Virus record (IMG/VR): IMGVR_UViG_3300042402_002715
Coordinates: 518-64,517 of that record
Reading direction: 5' to 3' (one strand)
Source: a virus
Lineage: Duplodnaviria; Caudoviricetes
DNA: 64,000 nt
Positions 63,915-64,000 of this stretch are shown piece by piece. The translations under genes were made by a program, and so were the position numbers. The notes beneath the pieces were generated by a model that was not told the DNA's origin, did no database searches, and worked only from the letters and a program-made list of their open reading frames with translations. The number at the start of each line of letters is the position of its first letter. Within the stretch, counting starts at the first letter, position 1.

Positions 63915-64000
63915 TTAACTCATAAATGAAAATGCCCTAGACTGTTTAAGCGTGTTATAGCAGAACGACCACTGATTGCTCGGTTGCTTGCTAATGACCA
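63915..64000 (-). CDS. Putative leader peptide of the attenuator for tRNA cluster 1 (5' end beyond window)
   Basis: ...VISKQPSNQWSFCYNTLKQSRAFSFMS-TAA-TAA; GTCTAGGG (63942-35) complementary to terminator arm CCCAAGGC with one mismatch. Confidence 0.5.
   Translation of the reverse strand, partial: VISKQPSNQWSFCYNTLKQSRAFSFMS

Noticed and set aside
1-64000. Alternative genetic code (stop reassignment)
   Set aside because: Genes are full length and tightly packed in code 11, TAG and TGA end genes (e.g. 1570, 10286), and no suppressor tRNA was seen

Overview
AT-rich 64-kb segment of a large T4-like (myovirus-type) 'huge/jumbo' phage that uses the standard genetic code. The host is very probably a Bacteroidota member, based on TTTG-N19-21-TAnnTTTG promoters, a Bacteroidota-type bS21 and a T9SS-type cargo gene. 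Layout: (1-13 kb) exonuclease, dUTPase, a large glycosyl/methyl/acetyl/sulfo-transferase cluster and PhoH; (13-22 kb) gp55-like late sigma factor, baseplate/spike-like and Cys-rich structural genes; (25-35 kb) head module (major capsid, scaffold, prohead protease, bS21, portal, terminase); (35-52 kb) putative internal head proteins, nucleotidyltransferase, KTSC, N-domain-less ClpC with a UVR-motif partner, peptidase and tmRNA; (52.5-53.4 kb) a ~870-nt highly structured GOLLD-like ncRNA; (53-56 kb) amidase, DenV-like glycosylase and holin; (56-64 kb) about 22 tRNAs in two clusters, interspersed with four aberrant tRNA-like RNAs, several orphan structured RNAs, an R-M-like pair and a GIY-YIG endonuclease. 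Most notable: each tRNA cluster is preceded by a short leader ORF plus antiterminator/terminator and a boxA-like motif, and each leader's codons mirror the tRNAs downstream. This suggests a translation-coupled attenuator that senses tRNA shortage. All calls come from reading the sequence by eye; no database searches or folding programs were run.
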